From positions 750,001 through 782,000 of the forward strand of contig CP042461.1 of NCBI GenBank assembly GCA_004563595.2: DNA of 32,000 nt, read 5' to 3'. Made by a program: the position numbers and the translations under genes. Of this stretch, positions 11,089 to 19,933 are shown piece by piece; positions within the stretch are counted from its first letter, which is position 1, and each line of letters starts with the position of its first letter. The notes below the pieces were generated by a model. The model was not told where the DNA came from. It saw only the letters and a list, made by a program, of their open reading frames with translations, and did not search any database. This DNA is from Candidatus Saccharimonadota bacterium (lineage in GTDB: Bacteria > Patescibacteriota > Gracilibacteria > BD1-5 > UBA6164).

Positions 11089-13389
11089 TTATTCATCTTC
11101 TCCTACTGATTCTTCTGCAGCTTTTTCGTCTATTCTTCTATTTAACTCCTCCCAAATATCTTTTGGTATATTTTTTGCTATTTTTACAGCTGGATAATTT
11201 TTTGCCGCAAGAAATTGTCATCTTCTCGAGTTTTTTACAACTAACTCTTCTCATGATTCTTGATCAATGAGCAATCATTTTTCTTTTAATATCTCTTCGA
11301 GTAATTCTTCTTTTTCATCTTTAATTTTTCAAATCCATTTTACCTTTGGATATTCACTTGATGTTAAAAATGGTCAATATCTCCCAGTTTTTACGATAAT
11401 AGTCCCTCCTTCTGGACAAGGTTTTCATTCATATTTTTCTTTTAATGCATCCATTGCATCTTTTTCTTCTTTTGGTTGATCTATAAAATTACAGTCTGGA
11501 TATCAACTACATCAAATAAATTTCCCTGCTTTTGAATGTCTATAAATCAGGTCTTGTCCACAGGTAGGACACTCTTTTCAGACTTTTTCTATTACTTTTT
11601 CTGCATTTTCTCATGCATTTTCTAAATCTTTTTTAAGTGATCATTCCCAAAAGTTTTTTAACATAATTGGATATGGTTGATCTCCAGCCGCTACTTTATC
11701 AAAATCTTCTTCTACATCTTTTGTAAACTTATACTCCATCATTTTTGAGAAGTATTGCTCCAAGAAGTCAGTCACAGTAAATGCTATATCAGTAGGTTTT
11801 AAATACTTTCTATCAAACTTTTCTACATACCCCCTATCAATAATAGTAGATATAGTTGGAGCATATGTAGAAGGTCTCCCTATCCCCTCTCATTCTAATT
11901 TTTTTACGAGTGATGCTTCAGTAAATCTTGCTGGTGGTCTTGAAAATCATTGATTCGCTTCCAAATTCTTTCCTGGGAGAATTTCTCAAATTTCAATATG
12001 AGGAAGTGTTGCATTTTCATCATCCCCTTCTTCAGCTTCGTCATCTGTTCATTCAATATAGAGTGTCATAAAACCATCAAATTTGATAACTTCTCATTTA
12101 GTGATCCATGTTTGATTATCTGCTTTCTCAGGTGAAAAGGTAAAAGTAGTCACTTCTACAATAGCATCTTTCATTTGTGATGCGAGAGTTCTTTTCCAAA
12201 TAAGTGTATAAAGCTTTAGTTGAGTAGGATCAAGCACTCCTGCCAGACTTTCTGGTGTTCTTGTAAGATCTGTTGGCCTGATAGCTTCATGTGCCTCTTG
12301 AGCTCATGCTGATTTGGTTTTAAAATCTCTCCCATTATGGTATTCTTTTCAAAAATTAGATTCTATCACTTTTTTTGCATCAGATTTTGCTAAATCAGAA
12401 AGATTTACACTATCAGTTCTCATATATGTAATCAGCCCCTCTCTTTCCCCATTTCAAACATCCATTCATTCATAAAGCTTTTGAGCAATCATCATTGTTT
12501 GCTTTACTCAAAAACCAAATTTTCTTGCCCCTTCTTGTTGGAGAGTGGAAGTTGTAAAAGGAGCTCATGGTGATCTTTTACTATCTTTTTTAATACTATC
12601 AACCAGCTTAAAATCAAGAATTTGATCTGAACTCAGAACGGTATATCATTTCTTATTTTTTGATGTTTTTAGATCTGTTGAAATATTATCAAAGAGAGTA
12701 GCAAGTATTTTTTCTACTTCTTCTTTTGATGTTATTTTCTTTACTTTTCAGTTTATTTTTGATAATTGAGTTTTGAATTTTGACTTTCACCCATGTGTAA
12801 GTTCAATACTTATTTTCCAGCTTTCAACTGGTTTAAAGTCTTGAATTTCTCTTTCTTTTTCAACTATAAGTTTTACAGCTACTGATTGTACTCTTCACGC
12901 TGAGAGTCATTTTCTTATTTTTTTCCATAAAACTGGGCTCACTTTATATCAAACGAGTCTATCAAGAAGTCTTCTCGCTTGTTGCGCATCAACTAATCAC
13001 ATATCAATAGTTCTTGGACTTTCCACAGCTGTTATTATAGCTTTTTTAGTAATTTCATGAAATACAATTCTTTTTGTATTTATAGGATCAAGATCTAATA
13101 TATTACATAAATGCCAACCAATTGCTTCTCATTCACGATCCTCATCGGTTGCTATTAAAACCTGGTTTGCAGATTTTGCTAGTTTTTTTAAACTGGTTAC
13201 TGTTTTTTTCTTATCATCATTAATTTCATACTCTGGAGCAAAGTTATTATCGATATCAATTCAAAGGGATTTTACAGGTAAATCTCTTATATGTCACATA
13301 GAAGCAACTACTTTATAATCGGGTCATAAAAACTTCTCTATTGTTTTTCATTTTGCTGGTGATTCGACTATTACCAAATTTTTTGCCAT
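11089..13389 (-). CDS. topA: DNA topoisomerase I (type IA), 766 aa
   Basis: All triplets from 11089 to 13389 were scanned: open under table 25, ending at TAA. Toprim N-terminus MAKNLVIVESPAKGKTIEKFLG and ATDEDREGEAI. Also RLLDRLVGYKVSP and the active-site region GLITYMRTDS. A C4 zinc ribbon reads CPTCGQDL...CSGYPDC. Confidence 0.95.
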
Positions 13390-13450
13390 ATGTTTATCTT
13401 AAAAATAATGATATATTATTAACACTTATATATTTATTTAAAATTTAGTC

Positions 13451-13485
13451 AAAAAAAAAATCAGATTTTTTGTTCTGATTTTTAT
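13451..13485 (-). terminator. Intrinsic terminator of the gene ending at 13491
   Basis: The - strand RNA reads AAUCAGA-ACAAAAAA-UCUGAUU followed by U10. Confidence 0.7.
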
Positions 13486-13490
13486 TTATT

Positions 13491-14000
13491 TTATGCTGAA
13501 ACTATATTTTTTACTAAGTTTTTATTATCAAATGGAAATTTATAGTTTTCCATATACCTGACAACTGAATAACAAATGCTCCAATGATTACTATCATCAT
13601 AAAAATATGCATTTCATTCATTTTTCATTGGATTAAACTCTTTTAGCACATTTGATAGGTGATTTTCTCTAATAATGATTGGGGCAACTCAAGCTCATAA
13701 GAAATCAGACACTTTTTCTATATTATCATCAGAGACTACAAAATCAAAACCTGATATGATAGATTCATCTACTTTATCCGTCATTACAATATTATTTGAA
13801 ATAAGCTCATTCTTTGAGCAGTCTGAAATAACAACAAATCCAGCATTTAAAAATTTTAATCAATCAATCAAGCTATCTCTCAACTCTTTATTTGTAATAC
13901 AGATAAGTCAGAGTGGTTTATATTTTTGTAATAATCAAAATTTATTTTTTATATTTATATTATTCCTCTTTTTTTCTGTCATAAGGGCAGATATATGCAT
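13491..14000 (-). CDS. Stand-alone GT-B C-terminal-half-like protein (glycogen/starch-synthase-like), 163-169 aa
   Basis: Open under table 25 to TAA 13491-13493. Candidate starts are ATG 14000 or ATG 13982. The segment GAGVAPIIIRENHLSNVLKEFNPMKNEGNAYFYDDSNHWSICYSVVRYMENY resembles the G.VPIV....G......F.P....GNGF.F.....W region of GT4/GT5 enzymes. No N-terminal Rossmann half is present. Confidence 0.4.
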
Positions 14001-14131
14001 AGAAATCAGTTATATAATTAAATCTAAAATAATTTTATCATATAAATCATATAAAATACAAATATTATCGTTTGACAATTTAGATGAAGTTTATAAAGTT
14101 TAAGAAAATTTAAAGAATTTTAATAACATAT

Positions 14132-15136
14132 ATGAAAGATTTTTGGGAAAAACAAATCATAAAGCAGTGAAAACTTTGTTTTCTTGCTCCTATGGATGGA
14201 TATGGTGATAGCGCTTACAGGCAAGCAATGAAAAGGATAGCTCCTCATGTAATCTGTATTAGTGAATTTTATAGTGCTGATGGACTTGTCCATTCTAAAT
14301 TTTTAGCTGATTCTGTTCTTCCTCATCAAAAAATGGAGGATCCACTTATTATACAAATATTTTGAAAAGATCCTGAAAATTTTGCAAAAGCTGCAAAAAT
14401 AATTGAACAAAGTAAGTATAATATCGCTTGAATCGATGTCAATATGTGATGTCCAGCTAAAAAAGTAGTTCGTAGCTGACATGGTTCCAGCTTACTTATA
14501 AACCAAGATATAGCATTTGAAATAATAGATAAGCTAAATAAAGCTACTAAACTCCCTATAAGTGTGAAAACAAGACGTAGTTTTGATGGAAATCAAAATT
14601 TAGTACAATTTGTGAAAGGTCTTGAAAATGCCTGAGCAAAGCTTATTACTATACATGGAAGAACAGCTAAACAAGCCTATACAGGAGATGCAGACTTTAC
14701 GGACATATATGAATTAAAAAGAAATGTTAATATTCCTGTGATATGTAACGGGGATATAAAAAATTATGATGATTGAATGAGTAAAATACAAAATTTAGAT
14801 TGATTCATGATTTGAAGAGCGAGCTTCTGAAACCCCTGGTGTTTCCTGCCTGGAGAGTATCACCCTACACTTTGAGAAATGTTAAGTGCAATGGAGTTTC
14901 ATGCTGAAGAGCTTGTAAAAACTAAATGAGAAAGAAAAGGGTCTTTAGAAATAAGAAAACATCTGGTTCAGTATATTAAAAGCTTTCCATGAGTGAAAGT
15001 ATATAGAAAAAGGCTCGTTACTACTGAAAGCTTTGAGAATTCACAACAGGTTATCAATGAAATACGAGAAACTTTCAAAAATGACTTGGATAAAAAACCA
15101 GGATTATGAGAAATAGACAAAAAAGAAGAGAATTAA
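14132..15136 (+). CDS. dus: tRNA-dihydrouridine synthase, 334 aa
   Basis: Checked codon by codon: ATG 14132 to TAA 15134-15136. Motifs LAPMDGYGDSAYR, IDVNMGCPAKKVV (catalytic Cys), SVKTR and ITIHGRTAKQ. By hand count, 14 of 26 Gly codons are TGA. Confidence 0.88.
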
Positions 15137-15170
15137 AAAAGTCTTATGGTTTTATCCATAAGACTTTTTT
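15135..15170. terminator. Bidirectional intrinsic terminator shared by dus (+) and island ORF A (-)
   Basis: A6, then GTCTTATGG-TTTTAT-CCATAAGAC, then T6. Stem 15141-15149 / 15156-15164. Confidence 0.75.
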
Positions 15171-15175
15171 ATACC

Positions 15176-15550
15176 TCATTTTTGACATTCATAATGATCT
15201 ATGTTCTGTAACATAGATCGATCATATTTTTCTAATTCAGATAATACCTCTAATTCATTACCATTAAAATCAGTATAAAATTCTCTTATTAATGCACTTA
15301 TTGCTTCTTTGCTATCGCTAAGTTGCCCATTACCTAATAGATTAGTTAACTCATCCATATCCATCGACAGTATAAGATTACGAGTATATAAGCCTTTGGA
15401 GGCAGGATATCTCAACGTAACATTTTCACAAGATGGGCACCGATGTGTGTATCCGGTGTAAAAAGCAATTTTTTCTAATGTTTCTCTCCTTTTTTCGATT
15501 AGAACAGGTATTTGACATGTGATAAGGTCATCATTGACTTTAGCGTTCAT
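15176..15550 (-). CDS. Hypothetical 124-aa CPxC protein (island ORF A). Under table 25 it would read through TGA 15176-15178 to TAA 15152-15154, giving 132 aa.
   Basis: ATG 15548-15550 is preceded by AGGAG with a 7-nt gap. Cysteines at C12, C38-P-S-C41 and C122. No internal TGA. The standard-code stop TGA lies 11 nt upstream of the terminator stem. Confidence 0.6.
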   Translation of the reverse strand: MNAKVNDDLITCQIPVLIEKRRETLEKIAFYTGYTHRCPSCENVTLRYPASKGLYTRNLILSMDMDELTNLLGNGQLSDSKEAISALIREFYTDFNGNELEVLSELEKYDRSMLQNIDHYECQK

Positions 15551-15600
15551 ATAAAACTCCTAGAATAGAATACTCAATAAAGGGAATAAACTTGCGGAGT

Positions 15601-15628
15601 ACTATAAGTAATTTAAAAGATAATGCAA
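15601..15628 (-). promoter_or_regulatory. Sigma70-type promoter of ORF A
   Basis: On the - strand: TTGCAT (15623-15628), 16-nt spacer, TATAGT (15601-15606). The CTTATAGTACTC block matches CTTATAATACTC upstream of ORF B. Confidence 0.5.
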
Positions 15629-15631
15629 GAA

Positions 15632-15674
15632 GGAATTAAAAAAAGATATCAAAACGATATCTCTTCTTAATTCC
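15632..15674 (-). terminator. Long hairpin downstream of ORF B
   Basis: 19-nt arms (15632-15650 / 15656-15674) with a 5-nt loop. The two arm mismatches become G-U pairs only in the - strand RNA, which fits an RNA element for ORF B. The trailing U-tract is weak. Confidence 0.5.
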
Positions 15675-15691
15675 CTCATTTTTTGATTCAC

Positions 15692-16066
15692 TTAATTACT
15701 TACTTTAAGAGGTTCAACTTTTACTAGTGTTAGAAGTTGATTAAAGATGTCTTCAATCAATTCACTATCTCCTTTATAGGCACTAAGTAAATCGCTTGAT
15801 CTCATAATATCTCTACGTTTTTCTTCATGATTCACACCATTCACAAAGTACAAGTTCTCTGAATGATAACATCTTTTTATATAATGAACCTGAAATGCTG
15901 CACCTATCATCATTTTTAACAATTTTTCATTACATGGAATATCATGTGATAAATGTGTTGTAGAACAATCGGGGCATTCCTCAATATAGATAGAAAAAAA
16001 TGTTTCTCCTGTTATTATTCCCTCCATTTTCCCGCATAAATCTGTTTTATTGCTTGCTTTGATCAT
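15692..16066 (-). CDS. Hypothetical 124-aa CPxC protein (island ORF B), a probable divergent paralogue of ORF A
   Basis: ATG 16064-16066 is preceded by GGAGG with a 5-nt gap; stop TAA 15692-15694. Cysteines at C11, C31-P-D-C34, C45 and C66. Same length as ORF A, with the same DL.C ... CP.C layout and the same promoter architecture. Confidence 0.6.
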   Translation of the reverse strand: MIKASNKTDLCGKMEGIITGETFFSIYIEECPDCSTTHLSHDIPCNEKLLKMMIGAAFQVHYIKRCYHSENLYFVNGVNHEEKRRDIMRSSDLLSAYKGDSELIEDIFNQLLTLVKVEPLKVSN

Positions 16067-16113
16067 AAAGCCTCCAAAAGATATATAACAAAAGGAAAAT
16101 ATCCTTATAGAGT

Positions 16114-16141
16114 ATTATAAGGTTTTTTTAAAACAATACAA
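16114..16141 (-). promoter_or_regulatory. Sigma70-type promoter of ORF B
   Basis: On the - strand: TTGTAT (16136-16141), 16-nt spacer, TATAAT (16114-16119). Confidence 0.5.
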
Positions 16142-16157
16142 TATAAAATATCAAAAG

Positions 16158-16188
16158 AAAACCCTAGCAATATATTGCTAGGGTTTTT
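16158..16188 (-). terminator. Intrinsic terminator of the lipoprotein gene
   Basis: The - strand RNA reads AAAAACCCUAGCAAUAUAUUGCUAGGGUUUUCUUUU. Confidence 0.75.
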
Positions 16189-16195
16189 ATGGTTT

Positions 16196-17443
16196 TTAGT
16201 TAGCTCCACAACCAACTTGAGTCAAACAAGGGTTATCAATGATAGTAACATTGTGTGAAAAACCTTGATGGGGTGAAATCACATAAATCTTATCATTTAG
16301 AGTAAACAATCTCTGAATCTTATCATCAAGGATAATAGAACTAATTAATGTATAATCTAATAGATTATACGTGTTAATAGAATTATCATACCTTCCTACA
16401 TGCATAACATTATTTGTTATATCAAATGTGAGGTCGCTAATTCCTACCTCAGATAATTGAGAAACATGAGTCATGTCAGATGAGAGGAACATATCTCCAC
16501 CTCTAACAATAACATTTTCACCATTTGGAGTTACCCAAACTTTACCATTTATTGGGTATGTGCCATGATAAGGTAGTTTTCCTAAACTTTGAATATCATT
16601 TCCTATAATAGAAAATTTTTCAAAAGCTGATGGCGAAACATCACTATTAGCAGCAAATACAGTATCCTTAAATGGATGTACAGTTAAACGTGATCTCTGA
16701 CGAATAAAACCTTCGCTTAGAAGCCCACCCCACTCTGAATCATACATAGATATTTTTGTCCATTGACCTGAACCCGATGATATTATTAAATTACCATTCC
16801 CGTTCACAACAATATCATATGGGTCAATATCTACATGCAAAGTATCTATAAGCTCTTGAGTATCACGATCAATAACTGCAATAAAGCCTTCCTGTTGAAG
16901 CTCAGACCATTGATTATTATGTTCTTGCGTTAATAAGGAAACATATAACTCATTTCCATCATCTGAAATAGCCATACTTTCTGGCATAAGTGTGTCAAAA
17001 GTTATAGTATTTATTTTTTGACCTGTAAATGCATCCATAAATAATAACTTACTACTCTTCTTATCAGTAGCATATATTATTGAACGTTTTTTATCATAAA
17101 GCATATCTCCAGCAGGATCATCCATAGGAATATGGAATGCTATAATCTCACAACTAATTGTAACATCAGTTACATTAGCAGTTGGAAAGACCCCTGTATT
17201 ATTCTCAATTAAACAACTATAATTTTCTGGAGCTGATTTAATTGAAACCTCATACGGCTTGCCTGGTAGGTAATTCTTGCTGAAAGAAAAATCTGTAGCA
17301 GATGACAATGTTAATGTCTCATTTCCATCTGATATTTCAATATCCCCTTTCAATCCAGTTATTGTACCACTCAGGTTACAACCAGAAAGAATTCCCAACA
17401 AAACAACTAACAAGCTTAATTTGCAAAACTTTAACATGTACAA
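16196..17443 (-). CDS. Lipoprotein, 415 aa: a lipobox, an Ig-like domain, then a YVTN/lactonase-type beta-propeller
   Basis: Intact ORF in the standard code. AAGGAG lies 8 nt before the ATG. Signal plus lipobox MYMLKFCKLSLLVVLLGILSGC. The N-terminal domain GTITGLKGDIEISDGNETLTLSS..FSFSKNYLPGKPYEVSIKSAPENYSCLIENNTG....NVTDVTISC is a pattern I recall from proteobacterial lipoproteins. Propeller-like repeats include DGNELYVSL, NGNGNLIISSG and PNGENVIVRGG. It has 31 Gly codons, none TGA. Confidence 0.75.
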   Translation of the reverse strand: MYMLKFCKLSLLVVLLGILSGCNLSGTITGLKGDIEISDGNETLTLSSATDFSFSKNYLPGKPYEVSIKSAPENYSCLIENNTGVFPTANVTDVTISCEIIAFHIPMDDPAGDMLYDKKRSIIYATDKKSSKLLFMDAFTGQKINTITFDTLMPESMAISDDGNELYVSLLTQEHNNQWSELQQEGFIAVIDRDTQELIDTLHVDIDPYDIVVNGNGNLIISSGSGQWTKISMYDSEWGGLLSEGFIRQRSRLTVHPFKDTVFAANSDVSPSAFEKFSIIGNDIQSLGKLPYHGTYPINGKVWVTPNGENVIVRGGDMFLSSDMTHVSQLSEVGISDLTFDITNNVMHVGRYDNSINTYNLLDYTLISSIILDDKIQRLFTLNDKIYVISPHQGFSHNVTIIDNPCLTQVGCGAN

Positions 17444-17487
17444 ATCTCCTTTTTTTAATTTTTACCTAACCCAAATTATCAGGTTAA

Positions 17488-17530
17488 ATCCATTTTCGTA
17501 AAACATATCTATGATTTACGAAAATGGATT
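17488..17530. promoter_or_regulatory. Perfect 16-bp inverted repeat overlapping the -10/+1 region of the lipoprotein promoter (candidate operator)
   Basis: AATCCATTTTCGTAAA (17488-17503), 11-nt spacer, TTTACGAAAATGGATT (17515-17530). The right arm overlaps the -10 hexamer by 3 nt and there is no trailing U-run. Confidence 0.5.
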
Positions 17531-17555
17531 ATATAAAAACTAAATCATATGTCAA
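17528..17555 (-). promoter_or_regulatory. Consensus sigma70 promoter of the lipoprotein gene
   Basis: On the - strand: TTGACA (17550-17555), 16-nt spacer, TATAAT (17528-17533). The -35 hexamer sits in the loop of the dnaB terminator hairpin. Confidence 0.55.
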
Positions 17556-17570
17556 AATGATTTAGTTTTT
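17535..17570 (-). terminator. Intrinsic terminator of dnaB
   Basis: AAAAACTAAATCAT-N8-ATGATTTAGTTTTT: 14-nt arms flanked by A and T runs. Confidence 0.7.
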
Positions 17571-17596
17571 ATAATATTTCAGGCAAGATTTGTCTC

Positions 17597-18934
17597 TTAA
17601 AAATCAGCAGGTTGATTCATGTTTCTTTCAATTTCAACAAATTTTTGGTTATTCTTGTTAAACATAAGCTCCATATTCCCTATTGGCCCATTTCTATTTT
17701 TTCTCATAAATATATCTGTAACTCATTTTTTATCCGTGAACTCATCATAATACTCTTCTCTATATATCATCATTATGATATCCGCATCTTGTTCGATAGA
17801 TCCTGATTCTCTCAAATCTGACATTATAGGACGTTTATCCGGTCTTTGTTCTACAGCTCTTGATAATTGAGATAAAGCGATAATAGGAACATCTAGTTCT
17901 CTTGCAAGTGATTTAATTCACCTTGATATTTCAGATATTTCTTGAACTCTATTTATAGAATTTCCACTACTCATTAATTGTAAGTAATCAATAATAATCA
18001 TATCTAAACCTGACTCGATTTTAAGTCTTCTACACTTAGACTTTAGATCTGTAAGATTTCAACCAGCTGAGTCATCAATATAGATATTTGCTTCTCAGAG
18101 CTTTTCCATTGCTTCACCAATTTTTGAAAACTCTTCATCTGCTAATTCTCATTTTGCTAGCTTCCAAGCATCAATTTCCATTGCTGATGCTATCATTCTA
18201 TCTGTCATCTGTTCTTTACTCATCTCAAGAGAGAATATAGCTACATTTTTTCATGAAAAACCTACATTTTGTGCTATATTCAAAGCAAAAGCAGTTTTTC
18301 ACATTGAAGGCCTCGCTGCAACAATAACCATATCACCTCATTTTAGACCACCACACTTATTATCAAAATCATTGAATCATATTTGTGTTCTATGTTTTGT
18401 TATAAGATCTGGATTTTCATGGATTTGCGCAAACTCTTCAAATCTTTGACTCAGTATTTCATTTATATGAACAAGCTTTGTTTTGATAAATGTTTGAGTG
18501 ACCTCAAAGAGTGACTTTTCTGCTTTTTCTAGTAATTCATTTATTTGAGCGTCTTCACTATATCAACATGATATAATTTCATTTCAACTTTTTATTAATT
18601 TTCTTAAAACTGACTTATTTTTAACAATTTGGGCATATTCAAAAATATTTGCAGTAGTTGGGACAATTTCAGTTAACTCTGTTAAATATGTGATTCCTCA
18701 GACTTTATCTAATAGCTTTTTATCGTCTAATTTTTCCTTTACCGTTATGAGATCAATCGGTTTGTTATGCTTGTATAAATCAGACATAACCTCAAATACT
18801 TTCGCATTTGATTCATTATAAAAATCCTCTGGAGATAATATATCTCAGATAGTAATAAATCAATCTTTATCAAGCAATAAACTTCATAAAACAGATTGTT
18901 CAGCTTCAATAGTATTTGGTGGGACTTTTAACAT
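17597..18934 (-). CDS. dnaB: Replicative DNA helicase DnaB, 445 aa
   Basis: N-terminus [22 protein letters not shown]. Walker [17 protein letters not shown] (its Gly is TGA at 18299-18301). Also [34 protein letters not shown] and RKNRNGPIG. Ends at TAA 17597-17599. About 15 of 28 Gly codons are TGA. Confidence 0.93.
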
Positions 18935-18985
18935 ATTATAAGGAGGAGATAAAAAGAAATAATTCAAATATAGAGTATAAAAAAA

Positions 18986-19021
18986 AACATAAAAGTAAAT
19001 AATTTTATACACTTTTATGTT
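18986..19021 (-). terminator. Intrinsic terminator of the TPR gene
   Basis: AACATAAAAGT / ACTTTTATGTT arms. The - strand RNA is followed by a U9 run. Confidence 0.6.
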
Positions 19022-19069
19022 AATAAGTCATTGATTTGTTAAATAGTTAAAAACATGTTAAAAACAGTC

Positions 19070-19864
19070 TTATTTTTTCCTTGTTAAGGCTATAACCTTA
19101 TCACGTGCATCAGTATTATAAGGTTGAAGTTCTAATATTTTTTTATATATTTTAGATGCTTCATCAAGCTCTCAAGTGTTTTCTAGACAACAGGCTGACA
19201 TAAACATTTTTTCTACATTTCTTGGTGTATCATGCAAAAATAATTTTATAAATTTTAATGATTTCTTGTAATCTTTTAGATCATATGTTAAGTCTGCAAT
19301 CATATTAATAACCTCTATATCTCAAGGTTTTTTCTTATGGATTTTTTCGTATATTTTTAATGCATGAGTAAACTCGTTTTGTAAAGCGTATACAAATCAT
19401 AATTTTTTCATAATCTCAGAATTGTCCTCTAAACACTCAACTAAGTCTTTATAGATATAAACTGCATTACTATAATTTTTTTCTTTTTCGTAAATTCAAG
19501 CAAGTATAAGATTTAAATCTCTATTATACTTATCAATGGTAAGTCCCTCAACAATAAGGTTTTTTGCTGTATCAAAATATCATTTTGTTGCATTTAATTT
19601 TGCTCTTTTTATGATTTCTATTAATTGTTGCTTCTCATTATCTGATAATCTTTTTTTATTTAATCATTCTTTATCAATAATACTTTTCTTTTCTATTTTT
19701 ATTTTATTTACCTGAAATGCCTTTTGCATTTTTTCTTGAGGAGTAACAATATTTTTTACTTTAAAGTAAACATTTCAAACTCTCTCAACAGTATAATACA
19801 AAATATAAGCAAAAGAGCTAAGAAGCAATAACACTTCCATTCTAAAAAAAATAGTGTTTTCCAT
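19070..19864 (-). CDS. Membrane-anchored tetratricopeptide (TPR) repeat protein, 264 aa
   Basis: All triplets were scanned: open under table 25, ending at TAA 19070-19072. N-terminal TM helix (VLLLLSSFAYILYYTV), followed by TPR-like units (A..LI..GL..D....L...LA.IYEKEKNY..A..IY..L; F.HALKIYEKI; EASKIYKKILELQPYN). Confidence 0.65.
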
Positions 19865-19933
19865 TGAGTAATCTTTTCAAATTAAATATTGCATCTAGTT
19901 TATAAAGATTCCCCTGTTTGTAAAGAGAAATTA

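Larger units (their letters stand above)
15171..17534 (-). other. Three-gene island with a foreign signature: no TGA-Gly, SD-bearing, modestly higher GC. No integrase or transposase is present.
   Basis: Three - strand genes are intact even under the standard code. Each has its own promoter, SD site and hairpin terminator. See the findings for counts. Confidence 0.7.

Noticed and set aside
15130-17600. Direct repeats or att-like sites flanking the three-gene island
   Set aside because: The two borders share only trivial A/T-rich octamers (such as TTTTTATA). There is no integrase, transposase or tRNA target, so I do not call it a mobile element.
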